Of a stretch of DNA of 55,549 nucleotides, positions 9,301 to 16,913 are shown in pieces. Source of the stretch: Chloroflexota bacterium (lineage in GTDB: Bacteria; Chloroflexota; Chloroflexia; QHBQ01); the NCBI GenBank assembly GCA_043754535.1, contig JAYUUN010000022.1, positions 1 through 55,549 on the forward strand, written 5' to 3'. The translations under genes were made by a program, and so were the position numbers. Each line of letters begins with the position of its first letter. The first letter of the stretch is position 1. Under the pieces are notes generated by a model. That model had not been told where the DNA came from. It saw nothing but the letters and a program-made list of their open reading frames with translations, and ran no database searches.

Positions 9301-10343
9301 CCCGCGCCGATGGTTACGGTCTTAGCCTCAGCGACGGCCAGAACTCTGGCGGCATCTGGGCGGACTTCATCGGCTACGTAGACGGCTTTGAGATCGGCAT
9401 CAGTAACGCCCGCACGATCCACGACTTCGAGCCTGACTTGCCCACCCCCACCATCACAGCCACCAGCACCGCTACGCCCTCAGCCACCGCAACCCTGAGC
9501 GTCACACTGACTAGCAGTCCCACCAGGACCGGCACCAGCACCGCTACGCCCTCGGCTACCGCGACCCTGACTGGCACCACTGCCACCGCGACCCTGACTG
9601 GCACGGCGGCAACCGCCACCGCTACCGTGACTGGTACGGCGGCAACCGCCACCGCTACCGTGACTGGTACGGGGGCAACCGCCACCGCTACCGTGACTGG
9701 CACAGCGGCTACCGCTAGCCCAACGGCGGCTGGTGGTACGCCTTCGCCCAGCCCCACCCTCTGCACAGTTTACTACCCCGACGTGCCAACTGAGAACTTC
9801 TTCTTCGGCTACATCCGCTATCTCACCTGTCGCGGCATCGTCAGCGGCTACGCAGATGGCTACTTCCGGCCCAACAACCCGATCACCCGCGCCGAGTTCA
9901 GTAAGATGGTAACGCTGGCCTTCAGCATCCCACGCACAACCCCGGCTGTGCGGAGCTTCAGCGACGTGCCAACCAATTACTGGGCCTACGGCTACATTGA
10001 GAGCCTGACAGCGGCGGGTGTGATCAACGGCCAGAACGCAGCCCAGTGTGCAGCGGCTGGCGTGGCCGCCCCCTGCTTCCGCCCGAACAACCCGATCAGC
10101 CGCGCCGAACTGGTGAAGATGGTCGTAGTTGCCTCTGGCACCGCCGCCCAGACCAGTACCACCGCCTACCCCGATGTACCCCCCAGCTACTGGGCCTACA
10201 GCTACATCCAGACAGCGACAGCCCGTCAGTGGGTAGGTGGCTTCCCTGATAACAGCTTCCGCCCGAACGCACTGGCTACCCGCGCCGAACTATCGAAGGT
10301 CGTCTACCTCGCGCTTAACTTCCCCCTGGGGGTTAGTCGCTAG
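6357..10343 (+). CDS. Large secreted surface protein: parallel beta-helix, duplicated NNWWGC/Ig-like module, Thr-rich stalks, C-terminal SLH domains
   Basis: Signal peptide; PbH1-like repeats (ATISGN, IIGNV, VLSNTI); SLH motifs YPDV..GIVSGYADGYFRPNNPITRAEF, FSDV..TRAEL. Confidence 0.85.
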   Translation: MKQRRIYSLGSTVLLLTMLSGIIFNFSPVAASPTVGNSVAGKQAAPWQPSVRAANRIVGSGVGFAPNASSGNILADNNWWGCNAGPNAPGCDTATAVAPSVLTATRWLTLSLNLPSYLPVGSNTVVAGNLTVNNLGQNTTSAGNVPNGTPMLFTTTVGSILPANTTTSGGKGYSTYNPGAAPIGTVVTICAKVDNQTTCNNAVVGGPPATTYADDDWAGLAAGVDPDGAGPAIAIGYDAFISPQIAVNVVTSSGRTIIYSGVYNEQVLISKPLTFSGVISATGATSGSAPNLRLPSPGIPYNVNGTDLYSTVTVTGTGTTVTITGFLINAISTCGNLNQGVALFGNAQATISGNQIASVRNNPLDGCQQGVGIRVGSAALSQAANATISGNTFSDIQKNAFAIDGPGSSADIIGNVLTGTGTTPLIAQNGVQISRGATGRVLSNTISGYAYNGPSFPAVGATSIIIYNADQNTPVVVNGNTVTGAQLGIFGTRDDGLFSSVFTRRNILYGRQQSQDTGVYFDSTQIGSSVYDSDIYHMDDGIHLEPQVVAITGTLIHQNNRGIFLYEGSSSGNTIIFNRIVSNTNRGIEFGPLTLPQAKQSRQLRPQPLFDDGKAARHPATIRRAPLPNGGPGGGEDYPNNWWGCNAGPNQPGCDSFVTSDSTFTVTNWLTLGLATTPLILPVNSTANLTGTLRFNSTGANTFPLGYLRNNTPMLFTATVGSLNPVNTGTNQAQGYSLYTAPAAPGPAQVCVRVDNQSVCNNLTIQGLPTSTATSTASPTPTASPTATASPTASSTPTGTISTVVIRPSTEASLGWATFDQNTATHAYVNGPAPAPFGVGSFQMQTGGGTGGTNGGKNWVGTNNFTGTLLSNITTMSYRTYVQQTSSPNIAPVIEMKVDTDTNGTRDATLVFEPVYSAGSQGPIVPGVWQTWNARAGLWRVVVSSPNTQVTCPGGNFLPNTYFTYSSFTTACPAATMVQWFPRADGYGLSLSDGQNSGGIWADFIGYVDGFEIGISNARTIHDFEPDLPTPTITATSTATPSATATLSVTLTSSPTRTGTSTATPSATATLTGTTATATLTGTAATATATVTGTAATATATVTGTGATATATVTGTAATASPTAAGGTPSPSPTLCTVYYPDVPTENFFFGYIRYLTCRGIVSGYADGYFRPNNPITRAEFSKMVTLAFSIPRTTPAVRSFSDVPTNYWAYGYIESLTAAGVINGQNAAQCAAAGVAAPCFRPNNPISRAELVKMVVVASGTAAQTSTTAYPDVPPSYWAYSYIQTATARQWVGGFPDNSFRPNALATRAELSKVVYLALNFPLGVSR
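9595..9716 (+). repeat. 33-bp coding tandem repeat (about 3.7 copies; TGTAATATATV)
   Basis: tgactgg recurs at 9595, 9628, 9661, 9694. Confidence 0.9.
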
Positions 10344-10396
10344 CTCACCATAACTTCTCCACTCTCGCCAGACGGGTGTGGGGGCAAGTATAATCA

Positions 10397-10433
10397 AAAG
10401 GGGACGCAGGCCAACTTGGTCTGTGTCCCCTTT
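10397..10433 (+). terminator. Stem-loop, probable intrinsic terminator after SLH gene 1
   Basis: aaaggggacgcaggcc-aactt-ggtctgtgtccccttt; a TATAAT lies just upstream at 10389-10394. Confidence 0.6.
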
Positions 10434-10479
10434 GCGTTCTAGTTAGTAATAGGATAGAATGGGGCTGGAGGATGATGAA

Positions 10480-13101
10480 ATGAAAAGAACAACAAGCCAT
10501 ACCGTTGCCAGCCTCGTGCTGGCAGTTACCATGTTCAGTTTGCTGCTTGGCACGCTAGCAGTTGCCCCTGCTACCGCCGCCCAGCCTGCCGCCAGTCCTG
10601 CCAGCCCTACCGCCCCGCCACCACTGAGCAGCGGGCGACGGCTGCCACGTCCCGCCGCCAATCTCCCGCCGCATCTCGCTGCGCCCAGCAATGCTGCCAG
10701 GCCAGTGGGGGGTTTCGGCTACCTGAGCGGCAACGTGCAAGACAGCTACGGTCAGCCCCTATCCGCTACCCTGCGCATCGGTGCTGCTCTCACTCTGACA
10801 ACAGAGCCTGGTAGCATCGGCTCCTACAGTGTCACCCTGCCTACTGGTAGCTACAGCTTTGCCGTTAGCGCGAGCGGCTGCTACCTGCCCCTGACCCAGA
10901 CCGTCACGGTAGTTCCAGGCAGCAATGTGGTGAGCTTTACCCTGCCGGATGCCCCCGCCGACGCTTTCGGCTACAACTGCTTCGAGTCGGCGGGCGGCTA
11001 CCTGCCCGCCAGCAATCGCGTGCTGGCAAACAACTTCAACCAGGAGCAGCGGCCCTTCACCCTGACCATGCCGCTCAACTACTACGGCCAGATTTACTAC
11101 ACTGGCACGATCACTGGCAAAGGCTACATCCAGATTGGCAGCACGATCAGCGGCACCGCTGCCCTCGCCAGCAACCCCTGCCTGCCAAATGCCAGCCAGC
11201 CCAACGGCGTAGTGGCCGCCAACTGGGACGACCTGGTGGGCGACAGCAGTAATCCCACCGCTGGAGTCTTCACCGACGTGATCGGCAGCAGCCCCGACCG
11301 CTTCTTCATCGTCGAGTGGCGAGGGGTGGCTCACGCGGGCCAACCTGGTATCACCTCCACCTTTCAGCTACAGGTTAGTGAAGGCACCGGCGATGTCCTT
11401 TACATCTACCGCCAGATGAACGGGCGGAGCAACGGCAGCGAAGCCAGTGCGGGCATCGAGAGCTATACGGGTGGCAGTGGCTTGCAGATACGCTGCAATG
11501 CTGCCAGCAGCGTCGGCCCCAACTACCTCTACAGCGGCCTTAGCATCAACCTCTACAGCCCCATCTACGCCATCCCAACCAACACGCCGACCAGCACTGC
11601 CCCGGCCAGTCCCACCATTATGCCCACCGCCACCGCCAGCCCAATCCCAACCAGTACTGTCACCAACACTGCCAGTGCGACGAACACCAGCAGCCCTGTT
11701 GTCCCTACCGCCACGCCCGCGCCCGCCACCTGCCTCAGCGAGGGCTTCGCCAACGTGGGGAGCCTGGTCGGCAGCGGCTGGGTAATCCAGAACAACAGCC
11801 AGCCGCTTGGTAGTAGCAGTTGGTTCCAGGGTGATAGTGCGAGCTTCCCGGCCCAGGCTGGTGCCGCCGATGCCTACGCCGCCGCCAACTTCAGCAGCGT
11901 CGGCGGCACCAGCGGCACGATCAGCACCTGGCTGCTCACTCCCCCACGCCCGCTCAATAATGGCGACACGCTGCGCTTCTGGAGCCGCACCGTTGACGCA
12001 CCAGCCTTCCCTGATCGCCTCGAAGTGCGCCTCAGCAGCAACGGTAGCAGCAGCAACGTGGGTAGCATCGCCAGCAGTGTGGGCAACTTCACCACCACCC
12101 TGCTGACGATCAACCCCGCCCTCACTGTTGGTGGCTACCCCAGCACCTGGACGGCTTACTCGGCGACGATCAGCGGCCTTGCAGGGCCAAGTAACGGGCG
12201 GGTGGGCTTCCGCTACTTCGTCACTGGGGCTGGCTCCAGCGGCGCAAACGGTGACTACATCGGCCTCGACAGCCTCAGCCTCTGCCCCATAGCCACTACG
12301 CCGACCGCAACGGCCACGGCCACGGCCACTGGGGTAGCAACAAACACTGCCACTAGCACGAGTACGTTCACCGCCACTGCCACTAGCACGAGTACGCTTA
12401 CCGCCACTGCCACGAGTACATCCAGCCTCACTGCCACCGCTACGCTGACGTTGACCGCGACAGCCACAGCGACGTTGATGGTAACCAGCACTGCCACTAG
12501 CACGGCCAGCCCCTGCCTGCTCACCTTTAGCGATGTGCCAACCAACAACATCTTCTACGGCGACATCCAGTTCCTTGCCTGTCGCGGCATCGTCAGCGGC
12601 GCAAATGGTCTGTTCCGACCAAACGACACTGCCAGGCGTGGCGAGTTCGCCAAAATTGCAGTGCTAGCCTTCGCCATCCCCAACTTCACCCCGACCGTGT
12701 CGACCTTCAACGACGTGGCGATCAGCAGCATCTTCTACGGTTACATTGAGGCCGCTGCCCACGCGGTGGTAGTCAACGGCTTGAGCAGCAGCCAGTGCGC
12801 CGTCCTGGGCGTGCAACCGCCCTGCTATGGCCCCAACGTCAATATCAGTAGGGTGCAGGTGGCCGCTATCGTACAAAGAGCGCGGGCATACCCGCCCGTC
12901 ACCCCTGGTGCCGCCACCTTTAGCGATCTGCCTGCTACTGGCTTCGGCTACAACGCGGTTGAAACGCTGGCTAGTCGGGCGATCATCAGCGGGGCTGCCT
13001 GCTTGCCACCCGCCACTGGCCTCTGCTTCCGCCCCAACGACAACATCCGCCGAGGTGAACTCGCTAAAGTCGTCCACCGGGCAATGAGCAGCCAGCCCTA
13101 A
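10480..13101 (+). CDS. Secreted SLH-domain protein with carboxypeptidase-regulatory-like, nidogen-like and cleaved-adhesin (choice-of-anchor J-like) domains
   Basis: GGAGGA RBS then ATG 10480; signal peptide; GYLSGNVQD..G.Y.V.LPTGSY; AANWDDL..FIVEW..TFQ; EGF..GWVIQNNS..STWLLTP..FPDRLEVRLS..GFRY..YIGLD; C-terminal SLH (FSDV, FRPND..RRGE). Confidence 0.85.
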   Translation: MKRTTSHTVASLVLAVTMFSLLLGTLAVAPATAAQPAASPASPTAPPPLSSGRRLPRPAANLPPHLAAPSNAARPVGGFGYLSGNVQDSYGQPLSATLRIGAALTLTTEPGSIGSYSVTLPTGSYSFAVSASGCYLPLTQTVTVVPGSNVVSFTLPDAPADAFGYNCFESAGGYLPASNRVLANNFNQEQRPFTLTMPLNYYGQIYYTGTITGKGYIQIGSTISGTAALASNPCLPNASQPNGVVAANWDDLVGDSSNPTAGVFTDVIGSSPDRFFIVEWRGVAHAGQPGITSTFQLQVSEGTGDVLYIYRQMNGRSNGSEASAGIESYTGGSGLQIRCNAASSVGPNYLYSGLSINLYSPIYAIPTNTPTSTAPASPTIMPTATASPIPTSTVTNTASATNTSSPVVPTATPAPATCLSEGFANVGSLVGSGWVIQNNSQPLGSSSWFQGDSASFPAQAGAADAYAAANFSSVGGTSGTISTWLLTPPRPLNNGDTLRFWSRTVDAPAFPDRLEVRLSSNGSSSNVGSIASSVGNFTTTLLTINPALTVGGYPSTWTAYSATISGLAGPSNGRVGFRYFVTGAGSSGANGDYIGLDSLSLCPIATTPTATATATATGVATNTATSTSTFTATATSTSTLTATATSTSSLTATATLTLTATATATLMVTSTATSTASPCLLTFSDVPTNNIFYGDIQFLACRGIVSGANGLFRPNDTARRGEFAKIAVLAFAIPNFTPTVSTFNDVAISSIFYGYIEAAAHAVVVNGLSSSQCAVLGVQPPCYGPNVNISRVQVAAIVQRARAYPPVTPGAATFSDLPATGFGYNAVETLASRAIISGAACLPPATGLCFRPNDNIRRGELAKVVHRAMSSQP
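12346..12440 (+). repeat. 30-bp coding tandem repeat (about 3 copies; TATSTSTxTA)
   Basis: actgccac recurs at 12346, 12376, 12406. Confidence 0.85.
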
Positions 13102-13108
13102 CCTTGCC

Positions 13109-13136
13109 GTGGGGCGGTCAACCCGACCGCCCCTAC
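13109..13136. terminator. GC-rich palindrome after SLH gene 2 (terminator or GTAG-type REP-like element)
   Basis: ggggcggtc-aaccc-gaccgcccc; minus strand begins GTAGGGGCG. Confidence 0.5.
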
Positions 13137-13205
13137 CCCGCTAAGGACAACCTGGCTGCTGCTAATTGGTTGTTAATCCAAATGGGCTATCCAGCTTTTG
13201 CCAGA

Positions 13206-13216
13206 TGTGCTATAAT
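13206..13216 (+). promoter_or_regulatory. Extended -10 promoter (TGTGcTATAAT), probably giving a leaderless mRNA
   Basis: TATAAT ends 6 nt before ATG 13223; no SD. Confidence 0.65.
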
Positions 13217-13222
13217 CTGCTC

Positions 13223-14176
13223 ATGAGCGACCCAGCCCTTAGTGTAATTATGGTCAGCTACAACACTTGTGCAGTTTTGCGCCAGGCGTTGCGGAGCGTC
13301 TTTGCCAGCAGCACCTCCTTCCCCTTCGCGGTCTGGGTGGTGGACAATGCTTCCCAGGACGGTAGCGCAGAGATGGTGGCAAACGAGTTCCAGCCCCAAC
13401 ACGCCAATCTGCACCTGATCCGCAGCCCGCGCAATGGTGGCTTCTCCTACGGCAACAACCTCGCCCTCAGCGAGTTTAGTGCGGCAGGTCGTGCAACTGG
13501 TCAGCCAGGTGCGGTAGCAAACATCGTCAGCAAGTACGTGCTGCTGCTCAACCCTGATACGATCCTGCCGCCCGATGCGCTAGCCGCAATGGTCGCTTTC
13601 ATGGACGCACACCCCCAGGCTGGTATTGCTGGGCCGAAGATGGTGCGCCCCAACGGGCAGCTAGACCTGGCGTGCAGGCGTGGCTTCCCTACCCCGCTCA
13701 ACTCGATCTACAAGTTGGCTGGCCTCAGCAAGCTCTTTCCCCACTCGCGTCGCTTCGCCAGCTACAACATGACCTTTGCTGACCCTGACACCTTGACCGA
13801 GGTGGACGCGGTGATGGGCGCGTTTATGCTGCTACGGGCTGAAGCGATCAACCAGGTCGGGTTGATGGATGACAGCTTCTTCATGTATGGCGAGGACTTG
13901 GACTGGGCCTACCGCATCAAGCAGCACGGCTGGCAGGTCTACTACAATCCCGCCGTGCGGGTGATCCACTACAAAGGTGAGAGTACGCGGCGTAGTAGCT
14001 ATCGCATGATTATACAGTTCTACCGCAGTATGAGCATCTTCCACCACAAGCATTATGCCGGCACTACCTTCTTCCTGCTCAACTGGCTGATCGCCATCGG
14101 CATCTGGGGCAAGGCTGGCCTGGCACTGGTGCAGAACTTGCTCCGCCCCAGCAGCAGGAAGCGAGTAGCTTTATGA
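13223..14176 (+). CDS. GT2 family glycosyltransferase (WbbL-like)
   Basis: LSVIMVSYNT, VVDNASQDGS, NGGFSYGNN, LLLNPD, GAFMLLR, FFMYGEDLDW. Last codons are GCT TTA TGA (TTA 14171-14173). Confidence 0.92.
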   Translation: MSDPALSVIMVSYNTCAVLRQALRSVFASSTSFPFAVWVVDNASQDGSAEMVANEFQPQHANLHLIRSPRNGGFSYGNNLALSEFSAAGRATGQPGAVANIVSKYVLLLNPDTILPPDALAAMVAFMDAHPQAGIAGPKMVRPNGQLDLACRRGFPTPLNSIYKLAGLSKLFPHSRRFASYNMTFADPDTLTEVDAVMGAFMLLRAEAINQVGLMDDSFFMYGEDLDWAYRIKQHGWQVYYNPAVRVIHYKGESTRRSSYRMIIQFYRSMSIFHHKHYAGTTFFLLNWLIAIGIWGKAGLALVQNLLRPSSRKRVAL

Positions 14177-15696
14177 GCCAGACGATCAACCGCCCACCTG
14201 CCCTTGATGAGCAACCCCCCGAACCGGCCCGCCGCCGAGAGGCCCGCACCCGCCCCTATCTAACCCCCGGCCCCGCTCCAGGGCGCGCCCCCGACTGGTT
14301 GCATATCCTCTTTGTGATTGCCCAGCTTGTCCTCGACCTGTTGGCGGTCGGCTTTGCCTTCTATCTCGCCTATACGCTGCGCTCTGAGAGCCTGCGCGAC
14401 TTCAATCCACCCACCGCCGACACCTACACTGCCATGCTGGTCGTCGCCGAGATAGCCTTGCTGGGGGTGTTCAATCTCTCTGGCCTCTACACCTTGCGGC
14501 GTGGTACCTCGCGCATTGACGAGTTCTACAAGCTGGTTGCCTCTGTCACCAGCGGCACGTTCGTTGCGCTGGCCGCCAACTTTCTCTTGTTGGGCGACCG
14601 CTTCATCTACTCGCGGCAAACCCTGATCCTCGGCTGGCTGCTCTGCATCGTCCTGGTTAGCGCAGTCCGCTTCGCCTATGGCGGGCTGGTGGGTGTGTTG
14701 CGGCGGCGGGGCATGGCCCGCCAGCGGTTGCTGGTGGTTGGCAGTGGTCAGGCAGCGCGGCTCGTCTGGGATCGGATCAACGGCGTGCCTACCCTGGGCT
14801 ATGAAGTGGTTGGTTTCCTCGAAGGTGAGCATGACCGTGATGAGGGCGACAGCCGCGACCCGGTAGTACGTGAACGCATCCTCGGCTACATGGATGAAGT
14901 CGCCAGTATCGTGCGCGCCTACAATATTGACGAAGTGATCGTTGCCCTGCCCGGCTACGACCCGCAGGATGTGCTGGACATAGTGAGCGCACTGGGCAAC
15001 CAGCAGGTGGGCATCCGCTTCTACCCTGACATCTTGCAACTGATCATTGACAACCACGCTGGGCCGACCGACCTCAACGGCTTGCCTCTCTACAGCGTGC
15101 GCGACGTGACCCTACGCGGTACCAATCGGCTGATCAAGCGCGCCTTCGACATCATTTTTAGCAGCATAGTGCTGGTGCTAACCTCGCCGATCATGTTCAT
15201 CACCGCTGTGCTGATCAAGCTAGAGTCGCCCGGCCCGGTCTTCTTCGTCCAAGAGCGAGTGGGGTTGGACGGTAAGCCGATCCTGGTGATCAAGTTCCGC
15301 TCGATGCGCCAGGATGCGGAGCGGCTTGGCAAGTGGACTACGCAGAACGACCCTCGGCGCACTAGGATCGGTTCGCTGATCCGCCGCCTCTCGATTGACG
15401 AGTTGCCGCAGTTCGTCAATGTGATCCTGGGGGAGATGAGCGTGGTCGGACCCCGCCCAGAGCAACCGCAGTTCGTGGCCGAGCGAGGCCGGGTCAACCC
15501 CCTCTATCGCCTGCGTCACAAGGAGAAGGCAGGCATTACCGGCCTGGCCCAGGTCAACGGCTTGCGTGGGGACACCGACATTGAGGAGCGCACCCGCTTC
15601 GATTTGCTCTATGTGGAGAACTGGTCGGTGCTGCTCGACCTGAAGATCATCGCCCGCACGATAGTGCAAATCTTCACCGGGCGTAACGCCTACTAA
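14173..15696 (+). CDS. Undecaprenyl-phosphate sugar-1-phosphate transferase (WcaJ/WbaP-like priming glycosyltransferase)
   Basis: 4 N-terminal TMs; KRAFDI, FFVQERVG, KFRSM, SIDELPQ, GEMSVVGPRPE, GITGLAQV, YVENWS..LDLKI. Confidence 0.93.
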   Translation: MSQTINRPPALDEQPPEPARRREARTRPYLTPGPAPGRAPDWLHILFVIAQLVLDLLAVGFAFYLAYTLRSESLRDFNPPTADTYTAMLVVAEIALLGVFNLSGLYTLRRGTSRIDEFYKLVASVTSGTFVALAANFLLLGDRFIYSRQTLILGWLLCIVLVSAVRFAYGGLVGVLRRRGMARQRLLVVGSGQAARLVWDRINGVPTLGYEVVGFLEGEHDRDEGDSRDPVVRERILGYMDEVASIVRAYNIDEVIVALPGYDPQDVLDIVSALGNQQVGIRFYPDILQLIIDNHAGPTDLNGLPLYSVRDVTLRGTNRLIKRAFDIIFSSIVLVLTSPIMFITAVLIKLESPGPVFFVQERVGLDGKPILVIKFRSMRQDAERLGKWTTQNDPRRTRIGSLIRRLSIDELPQFVNVILGEMSVVGPRPEQPQFVAERGRVNPLYRLRHKEKAGITGLAQVNGLRGDTDIEERTRFDLLYVENWSVLLDLKIIARTIVQIFTGRNAY

Positions 15697-15719
15697 CCAC
15701 GCCCTTGAGGAGCAAGACT

Positions 15720-16244
15720 ATGCACGAGCAGGAGCGGGAGCAGCAGCGGATCGCGGCCCTGACCACCACATTGCTGCACGCCCCCGACAGCTTCAGCCGG
15801 GTACACGCCGCTGGTTATTTGGCTAGCTTGAGCCAGCCGCCGGCCACTGCCTTTGCTGCCCTGGTTGCTGCCCTCGGCAATGTGGATCAGGAGGTGCAGG
15901 TGGCGGCAGCCCGCGCCCTCGGCAGCTATGGGCCACGCGCAGTAGACCACCTGCTCCCCCTGCTTGCGGGCGATCCGTACCTGGCGATGGCGGCAGCCGA
16001 GGGGCTGGGGCAAATTGGCGACGAGCGGGCGGTTGCACCCCTGGCTCTGGCTTTGCAAGCAGCCCATGCCTACCACTATGACATTGCGGGCGCACTGGCT
16101 CAGATTGGGCCGCCAGCAGTGCCAGCCCTGCGCCGCCTGCTAGCCGTCCCTGACGTGGAGGTGCGTCACTGGGCTGGCCGCGCCCTGCAAGATATCATAA
16201 GCAAGCACCCCATATTGAGTGTGGGGATGGAGGATGAAAGTTGA
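15720..16244 (+). CDS. HEAT (PBS lyase-like) repeat protein
   Basis: GAGGAG RBS; repeats VQVAAARALG, AAAEGLGQIGDERAVAPL, ALAQIGPPAVPAL. Confidence 0.8.
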   Translation: MHEQEREQQRIAALTTTLLHAPDSFSRVHAAGYLASLSQPPATAFAALVAALGNVDQEVQVAAARALGSYGPRAVDHLLPLLAGDPYLAMAAAEGLGQIGDERAVAPLALALQAAHAYHYDIAGALAQIGPPAVPALRRLLAVPDVEVRHWAGRALQDIISKHPILSVGMEDES

Positions 16245-16681
16245 GCAGCAAGGCAGCAGAGCAGTTGGCTAAGTACCAGGGCTGGGCCGCTCTCCCCCTG
16301 CGGGCTATGCTGGCCGCCAGCTTCATTGCGCATGGCAGGCCGAAAGTGTATGGCAGCAGCGCAGACGCGAAGTTTGGTGCAGGGGTCGCGGACGTGGCGG
16401 AGCTATTGCGGGCGCAGGGTACCCCCGCTCCTCGCTTGATGGCTTGGGTCGTCACCCTGGTAGAGTACGGCGGCGGGTTTGCGCTCGCCCTCGGCCTCTG
16501 CACCCGCCTGGTCGCGCTGCTATTGGCCTTCACCATGCTGGTGGCGATAGGGCAGGTCAAGTTCAGGCAAGGCTTCGTTGGTGGCTACGAGTACGACCTC
16601 AGCCTGCTAGCCGCCTGCCTCGCCCTGGCAATCAGCGGCGGCGGCCCCCTCTCCCTGGATCGCGCCCTACACCTGCCCTGA
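16241..16681 (+). CDS. DoxX family membrane protein
   Basis: LPLR..F..HG..K, E..GG..L.LGL.TR, GGYEY, GGG.LSLD; TTGA start/stop overlap. Confidence 0.9.
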   Translation: MSSKAAEQLAKYQGWAALPLRAMLAASFIAHGRPKVYGSSADAKFGAGVADVAELLRAQGTPAPRLMAWVVTLVEYGGGFALALGLCTRLVALLLAFTMLVAIGQVKFRQGFVGGYEYDLSLLAACLALAISGGGPLSLDRALHLP

Positions 16682-16913
16682 AAGCCACCTGCAACAGCCA
16701 TATCGCGGGCAAGCGGCCTTGCGTGCCTTGCGAGTTTATGCTATGCTTGGCCTACTGGTCGGCCCCTTCACCTCGGCTTCGCTTACTCAGGTGGTGATGC
16801 TGACCGCAGTGACGACGGTCGGCCTCAATGATTTTCGGTAACCGACGCTGGTGGTAGAAGGCTAATCAACACTGGGCCACGCCACTCCAGGGGTGGCTGG
16901 CCGGAGGATGAAG

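Noticed and set aside
9595..12440. 30-33-bp repeats as a CRISPR array
   Set aside because: In-frame coding tandem repeats without spacers; no cas genes
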